Assembly: GCA_963754315.1 (NCBI GenBank)
Contig: CAVWFS010000005.1
Coordinates: 64,001-128,000 of the forward strand
Direction: 5' to 3'
DNA length: 64,000 bases
Source: an uncultured Candidatus Rokubacteria bacterium
Lineage (GTDB): Bacteria > Methylomirabilota > Methylomirabilia > Rokubacteriales > CSP1-6
Shown: positions 18,730 to 30,963 of the stretch, one piece after another
Numbering within the stretch: the stretch's first letter is position 1
How the letters are laid out: every line of letters begins with the position of its first letter
The notes under the pieces: generated by a model
Told to the model about the DNA's origin: nothing
The model's input: only the letters and a program-made list of their open reading frames with translations
Database searches by the model: none
Translations under genes and position numbers: made by a program

Positions 18730-21700
18730 ATGCGCTTCAAGCAGCGAACCGCCCGTCGGGCGCGGCTGGGGAGGGCTGCAGCAGCTCTCCTTACGCTCCT
18801 ATCGCTTGTGTCAGCCATGCCGGCTTCAGCCGACCCGAACGCAACATCCTGCCAGGGATTCGGGGCGATCACGGCGGGCGGGCGGGGCGGCAGCGTCTAC
18901 CACGTCACGACCCTCGACGACTCGGGGCCGGGTAGCCTCCGCGACGCTCTCTCCCAAGGCAATCGCATCGTGGTCTTCGATGTCGCCGGTGACATCGTGC
19001 TCGAGCAGCGACATCCTCGTGGAGGCGGCCTCCATCACGGTCGACGGCGCCTCGGCCCCCGCCCCGGGCATCTCCATTCACAATTGGGGGGTGGTTCTGA
19101 GCGGCGCCCGCGACGTGATCTTGAAATCCGTCCGCATCCGGGGCGCAGCCGCGAGCGGCATCCACATCGCGTCGGACACGAGCAACATCGTCGTGGACCA
19201 TGTGTCGGTGAGCGGCAGTGCCATGCTGAACGTCGCCGTCGACAACGCCCGCGATATCACGATCTGCTGGAGCATCCTCGGATCGACGTCAGAGCCCGCC
19301 CATAACGCGATCATCGCGAACGGCGCCAGCAGGGTTTCGCTGCACAACAACGTCCTGATTGGCTCCGAGGCCGGCAATCCGACGGCGTTTGTCAACGAGG
19401 CAGGGACGTCCGCCGCCGCCACCACGCTCGACATGCGCAACAACATCGTGTGGGGGTCGGGCTTCGGCACCGTCGTCTACAACGGCGCCACCGCCAACAT
19501 CGTCGCCAACCTCTTCTCGTCTGATCCGGCAGGTCCCCAGACACGGCAGGCCAATGCCCTCACCGTCTGCAGCGGCAACTGTGAGGGGGCTCCGATCTCG
19601 AATGGCCGAGCCTACGTACTCGACAACGTCAGCGGAACCCCCCTCGCCACCGATCTGAACGCGCAAGGCACCGAGCCCGCGCCGTTTCCCGCGCCGCCGC
19701 TCGCCGGGGAAGTCTCTGCCTGCAGCCTTACGTCGGTCGTCCTTGCCGATGCCGGCGCCCGTCCCCTCGACGCGCGTGACACACAGGCGCTCGCGACGCT
19801 GGCCGCGCCAGCCGCCTGCCAGTGCGACCTGCGGGTGGACAGCCTCATCGTGCCAGCGTCGGCCGTGGTCGGGGTGCCGTTTAGCGTGACCGACACGACG
19901 GCGAACATCGGAACAGGCGGGGCCGACTCGACGGTGACGCAGTTCTACATCTCGACGCGCTCGACCTTGGATGAGACCGCGGTCGCGATCGGCAGCCGCA
20001 CGGTGCCACCCTTGGCCTCCGGCGAGACGAGCACTGGGGCCTCAACCGTGATTATCCCGAACGGGGTGGGCGCGTCCTGCAACTACTACATCCTCGCCAA
20101 GGCCAACGCCACGTCGGTGGGAGACGAGCCCATCACGACCAACAACGTGCGCGCCCAGGCGATCAAGGTGTGCCCAGACATCCTCGTCGAGACGCTCTCG
20201 GCGCCGGCGTCTGCGGCTCCTGGCTCGACGATCCCGATCGTCGACAGCGTGCGCAACCGTGGCCAGAGCGCGGCGGGTGCCTCGACCTTGAAGTTCTACG
20301 TCTCGACCTTGCCGACCGTCGATGCCAGCGCGATCCTGCTCGGCAGCCGCCCCGTGCCCGCGCTCGACGCGGGAACGACCGATGGCGCGACCACTCCCGT
20401 CCCGCTGCCAGCGACGGTGGGCACGGCCAGCAACTACTACGTCCTGGCTGTGCTCGACCCGGACGGCATCTTCGGGGAGTACGACGAGGGAAACAACGTT
20501 AAGTGGTTCAAGATCAAGATCGGCCCTGACCTGCACGTCAGCGCCCTCAGCACGACCGGCACCGCCGTGCCCGGCGGCTCCATCTCGGTGCAAGACACCA
20601 CGCGCAACCGCGGCGTCTCCGCATCCCCCACGTCGGTCACCAAGTTCTACCTCGGCACCACGACCACCTTCAACGCTTCCGCCATACTTCTCGGCAGCCG
20701 CGCCGGTGCCCGCCCTCGAGGCCGCCGCGACCAATCCCGCCACCACGTCGGTGAACATCCCCAGCAATGTCGGTTCGGCTGGGACCTACTACCTCTTTGG
20801 CGTCGCGGACGGCGACAATCACGGTCGCCGGAGCCCGACGAGATCAACAACACCACCACCTACGTCGTCGTCACGATGGGGCCCGACCTGCACGTCAGTC
20901 GCCCTCAGCGCGCCCGCCACCGCCGTGGCTGGCACCTCCATCACCGTCCTGGACACCACGCGTAACCGCGGCGTCTCCCCGCCCCCGGCGTCGGTCACCG
21001 CCTTCTATCTCTCCACCACAACCACCTTCAACGCTTCTGGGGCCATTCCCCTCGGCAGCCGCGCCGTGCCTGGCCTCGACGCCGGCGCTACCCATCCAGC
21101 CACAACGACGCTGAACATTCCGACCAATCACGCCAATCACAAGATCGGGGAGGCCGGCACCTACTACCTCTTCGCCATCGCCGACGTGATAGTGCGATCG
21201 TGGCGGAACCCGACGAGGCCAACAACAGCACCACCTACGCCGTCGTCAAGATCGGCCCCGACCTGCACATCAGCGCCCTCAGCACGACCGGCACCCCGGT
21301 GGCGGGCGGCAATATCTCGGTGCAAGACACCACGCGCAACCGCGGCGTCTCCGCAGCCCCCGCGTCGGTCACGACCTTCTATCTCTCGACGACCACCACC
21401 CTCGACGCTTCCGCCCAGCTCCTCGGTAACCGCACGGTGCCGGCGCTCGAGGCCGGCCTCACTAGCACGATGACAACAACCCTCAACATCCCAGCGACTG
21501 TCAGGCCCGCCAACTACCTCCTCGCCGTCGCCGACGGTGCGGACGACGGTGGCCGAGCCCCTCGAGAGCAACAATGTCGGGTACGCCGTCCTCAAGATCG
21601 GACCCGACCTGCACATCAGCGCCCTCAGCACCCACCGGTTCCCCGGTGGCGGGCGGCACCATCTCGGTGCACGACACCACGCGCAACCGCGGCGTTTCCG

Positions 21701-23012
21701 CATCCCCTGCGGTCGCGTCACCAAGTTCTTTCTCGCAACCACAACCACCTTCGACGCTTCCGCTCAGCCTCCTCGGTAGCCGCGACGTGCCCGCCCTCGA
21801 GGCCGGCCTCACCGAGCACGCTGACCACGACCCTGACCATCCCCGCGTCTGTCGGCTCCGCCGGCACCAATTACCTCTTCGCCGTCGCCGACGGTGACGA
21901 CACGGTGGTCGAGCCCCTCGAGAGCAACAATAGTCGGCGTACGCCGTCCTAAAGATCGGCCCCGATCTGCACATCAGCGCCCTCAGCGCGCCCGCCACCG
22001 CCGTGCCCGGCGGCTCCATCACCGTCCTGGACACGACACGCAACCGTGGCGTCTCCGCGGCCCCCGCGTCGGTGACCGCGTTCTATCTCTCGACCACAAC
22101 CACCTTAACCGCCGGAGCCGTGCGCATCGGTAGCCGCATCGTGCCCGAGCTTCCGGCTGGGCAAACCAACTCCGTCTCCACGACTCTCACACATCCCGGC
22201 GAACGTCGGCCCCGCCAGCTTCCTCCTCGCTGTCGCCGACGCGGACAATACAGTGGCCGAGCCCAACGAGCTCAATAACGTCGGCGCCGCCGACCTCACG
22301 ATTGGTCCTGACCTGCATGTCAGCGCCGTCATCGCACCCACCACCGCCGTGCCCGGCAGCTCGATCGCCGTCCAGGACACCACCCGCAATCGCGGCGTCG
22401 GCGCGGCCCCGCCGTCGGTGACCACGTTCTATCTCTCGACCACCGCCACCTTCAATCCCGCCAACCCGGGGTGCTCCTCGGTAGCCGCGACGTGCCCGCC
22501 CTCGCGGCCGGTGCTCAACGACGTCGCGACCACCTCCGTGACGATCCCCGCCTATATCGGGTCGGCCAGCACCTACTACCTCTTCGCCGTCGCCGACGGT
22601 AACAACGCGCTGGGCGAGACCGACGAGGCGCAACAACGCCCGTTACGACATCGTCAGGATCGGCCCGGACCTGTACATCAGCGTCCTGACCGGACCGAGT
22701 ACGGCCGCGCGGGGTGCCACCATTCTCGTCAACGACACCACCCGCAACCGCGGCGTGTCCGGCGCGCCGGCATCGACCACCCACTACTACCTGTCGACCA
22801 CGAAGACCTACAACGGCGAGCCTCCGCTGACGAGCCGCGCCATTCCCGCACTCGGAGCTGGCGAGCAGAGCGCCGCCTCGACGCAAGTCACCCTGCCGGC
22901 CGGGGTCGGCGGCGGGACGTTCTATCTGCTCGTCATCGCCGATGGGAACGAAGAGATCTCGGAGCCTCTCGAGACGAACAACCTCAAGTACCTGACGGTG
23001 GTGATTCCCTAG
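18730..23012 (+). CDS. Large secreted protein: pectate-lyase (PL1)-like beta-helix + 9 CARDB-like Ig repeats; many frameshifts
   Basis: Signal peptide; [37 protein letters not shown]; repeated [33 protein letters not shown]. Confidence 0.88.
19823..23009 (+). repeat. Nine tandem ~350-bp CARDB-coding repeats
   Basis: Units start near 19823, 20171, 20522, 20879, 21254, 21600, 21958, 22304, 22662. Confidence 0.85.
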
Positions 23013-26000
23013 ACGTCGTCGGAGCGGAAGCCGGGCGCCCTCGCTTTCGGAGCTACCTGGCGAGGGGCGCCGCGGCCCGACGCGCGCGCAGGCGAGACCG
23101 CCTCCGGCGAGTCGGCCCGGCCGGTCGTGAGCAGGGCGCGGGCCTCCTGGAGATCGGGCGTTTCGAGTCCCTCTGTGAACCAGTCGTACGTCTCCCGGAG
23201 GAGCAGGTGGGCGGCCGTCTCCTTGTCCCGACCCCGCGCGAGCCTGGCCAGACTCATGGCCGCGCGGAGCTCCAGCGCTCGCGCCCCCTGCGCGCGGGCG
23301 ACGACAAGGGCCTGCTGGAAGCATTCCTCCGCGTCCTCAACGTTCTGCCGGCGCGACCCGGCCGCGCGAGACGGCGCCTTGAGAATCAGATCGCCCTTGA
23401 GCCGTCGGAGCTCGGATTCCCACCAGCGTTCCCCGGTGCGTTCGACTTCCGTCAGCGCTTCGTCGACGACCTCGAGCCCGCGCTCGACCTGTCCGAGCGC
23501 CCCATGCGCTTCGGCAATGGCCGCGAGGTAGCTCGGTCCGAGCAGGGCTCTGCCCTCCGCGCGCCACGCGTTCAGAACCGTCTGCACCGGCGCCAGCCCT
23601 TCCTCGTATCGCCCGCGCCGAATGAGCGCCCATCCCTGCTGGACAGCGCTCTGGGCGGTCCAATACGGGAGGCCGTGCTCCTTCGATAGCGCGATCAACG
23701 CGTCCACCCGCTGCTCGGCAGCCTCCGGCTCACGGCGCGCGATGAACAGCAAGGCGGCGAGGTTCAGGGCGAACGCGACGCTCAGGGGATGGCCGAGCTC
23801 GCGGGCTCGCTCGGTGGCTTCCTCGCTGACCCGCGCGGCCTGATCGGCGAAGCCCAGCAGCCACAACGCCAGACCCGCGTACGCGCCGCAGGCGACCCAC
23901 GGGTCCACGCCATACAACACGGCGAGCGAGCGGTGCTTCTGATGGTCGTAGACCGTCATCGCCCGCTGCAGCTCGGCGCGGGCGTCAACGATCTGCCCGG
24001 TGCAGAGCAGCGACACACCCATCGCGCCGTGCGCGACGACCTGGAGCCCCGCGTCCTGCTCGGTCGCGGCCAGTTGCCGCAGCTGCCCGCCGACATCGAG
24101 GGCAGTCTCGTGCTCGGCGCGCACCAGGTGAAACCCCCAGAAGCCGAAGAGGACCGCGGCGAGATCAGGGGACGGACCAAGGCGCTGGCACAGCTCGCGG
24201 GCCCGCCTGTACGCGTGCTCCACGTCGCGGGCCATGTAGCCGTGGATCGCCGTCAGCGCCTGGCCCAAGGTGGTCCGCACGGTCAGCTCGTGCCGGTCCC
24301 GCTCGGCCGTGTCGGGCAGTGCGGCAAGCATGTTCAGGGCCCGCTCGAGATGGCGAACGGCCTCCTGGGGCGCACTTCGCCGCAACACCTTGCGCGCTGC
24401 CTGCTCCAGGTAGCGCACCGCCCGCTCGTACTCCCGCCCGCGCTCGAAGTGCTCCGCCAGCTCGGCCGCGATGTCCTCGGCTTGCCTGGCAAAGCCTTCC
24501 TCGAGTCGACGCCCGATCCGGCGGTGCAGCTGTACCCGGCGCCCGGCCGGCACCCGTTCGTACAGGACCTCCTGATAGAGGGCGTGGGCGAACGCGTAGC
24601 GACCGGCAACTGTCCCGTCAGGCCACTCGGCCGTCCCTCGCGGCCGCAAGACATGTCGTCGCACCAGAGCCGCACACCGCTCCTCGACGTCCTCCGCCTC
24701 CTCGGCAACCTCGGCGGCGACAAGCGCGGCGGAAAATTCCTCTCCAGCCACGCTGGCGGCTTCGAGCAGCCGCTGGTCGGACGCGCCGAGCCGAGCCAGC
24801 TGCCGCTCGATGAGTTGCCTGATGCTCGGCGGCACCCCTCGCGCGGCATCCTCGATCGCCCGACCCAGCTCCCAGCGGCCCTCGACCTCCACCAGCACCC
24901 CCTGCGTCATCCAATCCTGGACGACGTTGACCACGAACAGCGGGTTGCCTCCTGTTCGCTGATGAAGATGGCTCACCAGAGCGTCAGGGATGCGGTGCTC
25001 GGCGAGCACTCCGGCGAAATAACGCCGGACACCCACCTCGGTAAGCCGCTCGAGCGGCAGTTCCCGGCATAGTCGATGCGACGCCAGGTCGTCGGACACG
25101 GAGGCCACCGGATGCTCTCGCGCGACCGCATCCTCGGGCCGATAGGTTCCGATCACCAGCAAGCGCGCTGCCGGCCGGCACCGGGCCAGGAACGACAGCA
25201 GCTCAACGGAGGCGTAATCGCTCCAGTGCAGATCCTCCAGCACGAGGACGAGAGGCTGTTCGGCCGTCACCGCCTCGAGCGCGTCGGCCAGCTCACGGAG
25301 CATTCGCTCCCGGGTGGCGCCCTGGGTCCTCAGCGCGAGGACATCCAGGGTGGGTGCGTCGAGGAGGCCCGGCATCTGTGCGAGCCAGCTTGGGGCGTAC
25401 TGAGCCAGGATCTCCTGCAGCCGAGACCCGTCGGGGCGGCGACAGAGCTGATGCAGCGCCCCGAAAACAGGCAGGTACGCCTCGCCAGCCCCGTAGTGTT
25501 CGATGCACTGCCCCTCTCCGATCCACGCCTCGGTCGACCGAGCGACCTGTTCCACGAACGCCCCCACCAGCGCTGTCTTGCCAATGCCGGGCTCTCCGAT
25601 CACGAACACCACCTGGCACTCTCCGTCGAGGGCTCGTCGGAGGCATGCGTGAAGCTGGCGCAGCTCCGCCTCTCGCCCGACGAGGGCGCGGGACGGCGCC
25701 ACGTCCCGCGCCCGCTCCTCATCCTCCACGGTGAAATCGGGCGAGTCGGATGGGCGACTCCGATCGGCGGTCTCGGAGCCGATACCGGCTGGCGGGCTCG
25801 ACCGGATCGCCGCGAGAAACCGATAGCCGCGCCGGTGCACCGTCTGGATGAAGCGGGGCGCCCGGGAGTCGTCGCCGAGCGCTCGCCGAAGCTCACGAAT
25901 CCCTACCGTGAGCACCGCGTCACCCACGGCCGTGTCGGGCCAGATCGCCTCCAGGAGCGCCGCCTTCGTCACGAGCTGGCCTGGCTGCGCGACGAGATGG

Positions 26001-26116
26001 CGAAGCACCGCGAAGGCCTTGGGCGTGAGCGGGCGCGACTCCCCTCCGCGCCACAACCGCTCGTCCCGCAAGTCAATCCGGAAGTCTTCGCACCACAAGA
26101 CAGTGGCCTGCTGCAT
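23009..26116 (-). CDS. OmpR-type wHTH + AAA/STAND ATPase + TPR regulator
   Basis: LTPKAFAVL..IQTVHRRGYRF; GEPGIGKT; LEDLHW; GGNPLF; C-terminal ELRAAMSLARL; ATG 26116. Confidence 0.92.
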   Translation of the reverse strand: MQQATVLWCEDFRIDLRDERLWRGGESRPLTPKAFAVLRHLVAQPGQLVTKAALLEAIWPDTAVGDAVLTVGIRELRRALGDDSRAPRFIQTVHRRGYRFLAAIRSSPPAGIGSETADRSRPSDSPDFTVEDEERARDVAPSRALVGREAELRQLHACLRRALDGECQVVFVIGEPGIGKTALVGAFVEQVARSTEAWIGEGQCIEHYGAGEAYLPVFGALHQLCRRPDGSRLQEILAQYAPSWLAQMPGLLDAPTLDVLALRTQGATRERMLRELADALEAVTAEQPLVLVLEDLHWSDYASVELLSFLARCRPAARLLVIGTYRPEDAVAREHPVASVSDDLASHRLCRELPLERLTEVGVRRYFAGVLAEHRIPDALVSHLHQRTGGNPLFVVNVVQDWMTQGVLVEVEGRWELGRAIEDAARGVPPSIRQLIERQLARLGASDQRLLEAASVAGEEFSAALVAAEVAEEAEDVEERCAALVRRHVLRPRGTAEWPDGTVAGRYAFAHALYQEVLYERVPAGRRVQLHRRIGRRLEEGFARQAEDIAAELAEHFERGREYERAVRYLEQAARKVLRRSAPQEAVRHLERALNMLAALPDTAERDRHELTVRTTLGQALTAIHGYMARDVEHAYRRARELCQRLGPSPDLAAVLFGFWGFHLVRAEHETALDVGGQLRQLAATEQDAGLQVVAHGAMGVSLLCTGQIVDARAELQRAMTVYDHQKHRSLAVLYGVDPWVACGAYAGLALWLLGFADQAARVSEEATERARELGHPLSVAFALNLAALLFIARREPEAAEQRVDALIALSKEHGLPYWTAQSAVQQGWALIRRGRYEEGLAPVQTVLNAWRAEGRALLGPSYLAAIAEAHGALGQVERGLEVVDEALTEVERTGERWWESELRRLKGDLILKAPSRAAGSRRQNVEDAEECFQQALVVARAQGARALELRAAMSLARLARGRDKETAAHLLLRETYDWFTEGLETPDLQEARALLTTGRADSPEAVSPARASGRGAPRQVAPKARAPGFRSDDV

Positions 26117-26278
26117 GGAGCCCCCCGCCGGCCCTGTTTCGATGGCCCTTTCGGAAACTTTACGACTCTCTTTTGAAAAACTTACGCCACTCTTCGGACT
26201 CCCGTTCGCAGAGACGCATAGATTCGGGGTGAACAGAGCCGTCGAAACCTGGCTGCCTCGGGAAAGGAGAGCATCGCC

Positions 26279-26765
26279 GTGAAGACGTATCGCGTCGCCG
26301 TGGTGACCTTCACGCTCGTCCATGCGCTGGCGGGTGGTGCGGCCGGTGAGCTGCTGCCGTGCGCCGTGGTCGAGGGTTCGAGCATGGCCGACCGCCCGCG
26401 TACCGAGCGACCGCCGACCGAGAAGCGATTCGACGGGGAGCGGTTTGTCCGGCACCGAGTTGTTCTTCGGCTCGGCCAGGCCCGGGGGCGAGGTCAGCGA
26501 GGCTGAGTTCCAGCAATTTCTCGACCAGTGCGTCACGCCGCGATTCCCCGACGGCCTCACCCTCGTGACGGGTCTCGGACAGTTCCGCGGCGCCGACGGC
26601 GTCCTCATCGAGGAGCGATCCATGCTGCTGATCCTCCTCTACCCGGACGAGGCGCGACGGGAAAGCCACAAGAGAATCGAGGAGATCCGGAACGCCTACA
26701 AGCAGATCTTCCAGCAGGAGTCTGTCTTGCGGGCCGACCGCTGCTGCGAGCAGGTCGGGTTCTGA
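26279..26765 (+). CDS. DUF3574-like exported protein, one frameshift
   Basis: TELFFG..FLDQCVTPRFPDGLT..GQFRG..YKQIFQQESVLR. Confidence 0.8.
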
Positions 26766-26998
26766 CCGATACCGACACGAATTGTCCCCAATTGACGACG
26801 GTACTCCGATTCCGGATCTCGGTAAAGGGGCCCCTGCATGACAGGTGCGCACAAATTTCCCGATCGGTCGCCACGATCGGCGAGCGCGGTGCCGAGCCGC
26901 GAGGAAGGGAGGGCACGGCAGAGCCGACTTGACGCGTGGTGGGCAGCACTCTCGCGCACAACGATTGGCGGCCCACCGAGGCTGCCGGGAGGACAACG

Positions 26999-27400
26999 AT
27001 GCTGAGCTGCACGATCACCGAAGTTCAGAAGATCGAGCCCGTGTTCTACGACTGGGGTGAGCTGAAGTGGGTCATGAACGGCGAGCTCGCCCCTGGATGC
27101 GAGCAGAGTTTCGCGCTCGTCCACCTCCAGCCCGGGCGCACGAATCCCCTGCACTGGCACAGCGCCGCGGAGGAGCTCGTGTACATCCTGTCCGGCGAGT
27201 GCGACATCGCCATCGACGGTCAGTGGCAGCGGCTGACACCAGGGCTGACGTTACTGATTCCGGCCGGGGTGAAGCACGAGCTGAAGAACAACAGCTGGGA
27301 ACCCTTCACGTACGTCGCGTCGTTCTCGGCGTCGATGCGGGGCACCATGTTCGAAAATCCGAGCGCCGTGGGCGCTCGGCCGATCGCGTCGTACCGCTGA
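26999..27400 (+). CDS. Cupin domain protein
   Basis: HWHSAAEELVYILSG..IPAGVKH. Confidence 0.88.
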   Translation: MLSCTITEVQKIEPVFYDWGELKWVMNGELAPGCEQSFALVHLQPGRTNPLHWHSAAEELVYILSGECDIAIDGQWQRLTPGLTLLIPAGVKHELKNNSWEPFTYVASFSASMRGTMFENPSAVGARPIASYR

Positions 27401-27450
27401 GCTCACGGGGGATACGGGTGGGGACCTCGACGCCGCGTCATCAGGGAACG

Positions 27451-28887
27451 GTGCGCAACGACTTCGACCTGGTCGTGATCGGGTCTGGCCCGGCCGGCGA
27501 GAAGGGCGCGGCGCAGGCCGCCTACTACAACAAGTCGGTGGCAATCGTCGAGCAGGCGCCGACGCCGGGTGGCATCGCGGTGAGCTCGGCGGGGATCCCC
27601 ACCAAAACCCTCCGCGAGACAGTCCTGTACGTGAGCGGCTTTCGACAGCGCGAGGTCTACAAGCTCGGCTTCGCGCTGGAGCCAGAAATCGCCCTCGAGC
27701 GGCTGATGACGCGCGAGGCCGAGGTCATCTCCATGATGACCCGCGCGGTCGAACGCAACATCGCGCGGCACGGCATCGAGATGATCCAGGGGCGAGCAAT
27801 CCTGGGCCCAGATCGCACCGTCCACGTCTCGTTGAACGACGGGACGGAACGTGTGCTCAGAGCGCGGGCGATCCTCATCGCAACCGGGTCCCACCCCGTC
27901 CTGCCCGCCGCAGTCCCGTTCCACGACCCCGATGTGTACGATCAGGTGACGATTCTCAAGCTCGATCGCATTCCCGGCCGCCTCCTGGTGGTGGGGGCGG
28001 GGGCGGTCGGCTGCGAGTACGCGTCCATCTTCGCGGCCCTCGGCGTGGAGGTGACCTTGATGAGCCCGAGCCCCCACCTGCTCCGGCACCTCGACACCGA
28101 GATCTGCCAGATGCAGGCGGAGATCTTCAACGGCATGGGCATTCGGCTCGTGCTCGGCGCGCCGCTCGCTAATGTCCGCAGAGTGGACGGCAAGCTCGAG
28201 GTCACGGCGACCACCGGGCAGAGCTTCAGGCCCGAGAAAGTGCTGTTCGCGATGGGCCGCGCCGGTAACACTGAAGGGCTCGGGCTGGCCCAGGCGGGTG
28301 TCGTCGTCAACGAGAAGGGCGACATCGTGGTGGACGGGCGCTTCGAGACGACGGCCCCGGGCATCTACGCAGCCGGCGACGTCATCGGTCCGCCCCGACT
28401 GGCTTCGGTGTCGATGGAGCAGGCTCGCGTCGCGGTCTGCCACGCCTTCGCCATCGACTTCAAGGACGTGGTCGACCCACTCGCCCCCCTGTGTGTGTAC
28501 TCCATACCCGAGGCGGCCATGGTCGGCATGACCGAGGATCAGGCGACGACGGCCGGGGTCGACTACGAGACCGGCCGAGCATTGTTCTCGTCCAACGCCA
28601 AGGCCAAGATCTCGGGCTTTCAGGAGGGAATGCTCAAGCTGGTGTTCCGGCGGGCGGACCGCCGGCTGCTGGGTGTTCACATTCTCGGCGAGATGGCGAG
28701 CGAGCTCATCCACCTGGGGCAGCTCGTCCTGCACGAGCAGGGCCCGATCGATCGGTTCATCCACATGACGTTTGCCGTGCCCACGCGCGGCGAGGCCTAT
28801 AAATATGCGGCCTACGACGGCCTGATGCGGCTTGACCGTACCCGACGGGCGGCTGCCTCCCAGGAGCCAAGTCCCGTGTCCGCCTAA
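27451..28887 (+). CDS. sthA: Soluble pyridine nucleotide transhydrogenase-like flavoprotein
   Basis: IGSGPAGEKGA, IPTKTLRE, GAGAVGCEYAS, YAAGDVIG, ELIHLGQ, PTRGEAYKYAA; GTG start. Confidence 0.8.
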   Translation: MRNDFDLVVIGSGPAGEKGAAQAAYYNKSVAIVEQAPTPGGIAVSSAGIPTKTLRETVLYVSGFRQREVYKLGFALEPEIALERLMTREAEVISMMTRAVERNIARHGIEMIQGRAILGPDRTVHVSLNDGTERVLRARAILIATGSHPVLPAAVPFHDPDVYDQVTILKLDRIPGRLLVVGAGAVGCEYASIFAALGVEVTLMSPSPHLLRHLDTEICQMQAEIFNGMGIRLVLGAPLANVRRVDGKLEVTATTGQSFRPEKVLFAMGRAGNTEGLGLAQAGVVVNEKGDIVVDGRFETTAPGIYAAGDVIGPPRLASVSMEQARVAVCHAFAIDFKDVVDPLAPLCVYSIPEAAMVGMTEDQATTAGVDYETGRALFSSNAKAKISGFQEGMLKLVFRRADRRLLGVHILGEMASELIHLGQLVLHEQGPIDRFIHMTFAVPTRGEAYKYAAYDGLMRLDRTRRAAASQEPSPVSA

Positions 28888-29182
28888 GACTCCTCCCACA
28901 CGGGCGGAGCTCGTGTGAACTGAGGCTGATCGGCTCGCCCCAATAGAGCCCGGGAATGAGCCGCCGCGTGTGGCGGATGCACCGTCGTACTCACAGCCAA
29001 CCTGCGTGCGCAGGAGTCTCACTTGCGCCTTACGCGCAGAGCCCAGAGATTGTCTCCCCGAGTGTCGTCAGCGCCGAAGGCGCCCACGGCGGTCTCATCA
29101 TCCGCCGCGTGTTACATTTTGTCCAAGGAGCGAAGCGAAGCGCGTGGGCGACTTTGCTCGGCGAGCCCCGAACGTGCGCAAC

Positions 29183-30818
29183 ATGCCCGGCGAACTTGAG
29201 CGAGGCCGGAAGTGTTATGCGCAGCGAAGGTGGGCCGATGCCTACGATTCGCTCGCGCGCGCCGATCAGGCCACGCCCCTCGTCGGTAAAGATCTCGAGC
29301 GGCTGGCCATGGCGGCGTATCTGGTCGGTCGCGACGAAGATTATCTGAGTGCGCTCGAGCGCGCACATCAGGCGTATCTGGACGCCGGGGAGGGCGTGCG
29401 AGCTGTCCGCTGCGCGTTCTGGCTTGGTCTGCGTCTTCTCTTTCGCGGAGAGACGGGGCGCGCGACTGGGTGGCTCGCCCGTGCCCAGCGGTTGCTGGAA
29501 CGCGAGACGCACGAATGCGCCGAGCGGGGCTATCTGCTGTTGCCCGTCGTGGAACAGCAGCTTGCCGCCGGCGACTGCGAGGCCGCATACGCGACCGCCG
29601 CGAGCGCCGCCGAGATCGGCGAATGCTGCGGAAGACGCAGACCTGATCGCCTGCGCCCGGCACCAGCAGGGTCGGATTCGATTGCAGCAGGGGCAGGTTG
29701 AGCGGGGGCTGGCGCTGCTGGACGAGGTCATGGTCGCGGTCACGGCGGCGGAGCTGTCGCCACTCGTCACGGGTTTGATGTACTGCAGCGTGATCCGGGC
29801 CTGTCAGGAGGTGTACGCATTCGGCCGCGCCGGCGAGTGGACCGCTGCGCTGGCCCGGTGGTGCGAGGAGCAACCCGACATGGTCGCCTTCACGGGGATC
29901 TGCCGGGTCCATCGCGCCGAGATCATGCAGCTGCACGGCGCCTGGCAGGACGCGATCGAGGAGGCGCAGCGCGCCCGCGAGCGTTCCCAGGGGGTCGACC
30001 AGCAGGCCGCCGCCGCGGCGTTCTACCAGCAAGCGGAGGTCCACCGCCTTCGCGGGGAGTTTGCGGCGGCCGAGGAGGCGTATCGAAGCGCCAGCCAGTG
30101 GGGCTTGGAACCACAGCCGGGTCTCGCCCTGATGCGGGTGGCGCAAGGACGCGACGACGCCGCGGCGGCGGCGATCCGCCGCAGCGTGAGCGCGACAACG
30201 CATCGACTGCAGCGCGCGAGGCTCCTGCCTGCATACGTCGAGATCATGCTGGCCGTCGGCGACATCCAGGAAGCGCGGCGGAGCCAGCCGCGAGCTGGAG
30301 GACATCGCCGAGACCTTCGACACCGACGTGCTGCGGGCGATGGCGGCCCAGGCGCGAGGCGCGATCGACCTGGCCGAGGGCGACACTCGGGCCGCGCTTG
30401 CTCCACTGCGTCGCGCTCTCGAAGTGTGGCGACAGGTCGAGGCGCCCTACGAGGCCGCACGCGTGCGGGTGCTGATGGGAATGGCGTGCCGCTCACTTGG
30501 GGACGACGAGGCCGCCGAGCTCGAGCTCGGCGCGGCCCGAGCTGTCTTCGAGCAACTGGGAGCCGGGCCGGGCGTCGCCCGCACTCACGCGCTCGCCCAG
30601 GGAGCACCGCCCGATCATGACCACCATGGGTTGACACCGCGCGAGCTCCAGGTGCTGCGCCTGGTCGCCACCGGCAAGACGAACAAGGCCATCGCCACCG
30701 AACTGTTCCTTGAGTGAGAGGACGATTGACCGGCACGTGAGCAATATCTTCGCGAAGCTGGACGTTCCCTCGCGGGCCGCCGCCACGGCCTACGCGTACG
30801 CGCACAAGCTGAGTCTGA
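29183..30818 (+). CDS. TPR + LuxR-HTH transcriptional regulator, frameshifted
   Basis: [49 protein letters not shown] across frames. Confidence 0.88.
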
Positions 30819-30963
30819 CCCGCCTCGTCTTCGCACTGGGTAGAACTCACCCACATCGAGCTCGTCGCGAGAATTGGGTGGTTCGCCGGATGCGCGATCC
30901 TGCTCCATGCCGTAGGTTGAGCTGTGAAGCAGATCCTCGACGGAAGGCAACAGGTGAGCCCAG

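Noticed and set aside
19823..23009. CRISPR array or DGR template/variable repeats
   Set aside because: The repeats are ~350-bp protein-coding domains. There are no cas or reverse transcriptase genes and no evident adenine-specific pattern.
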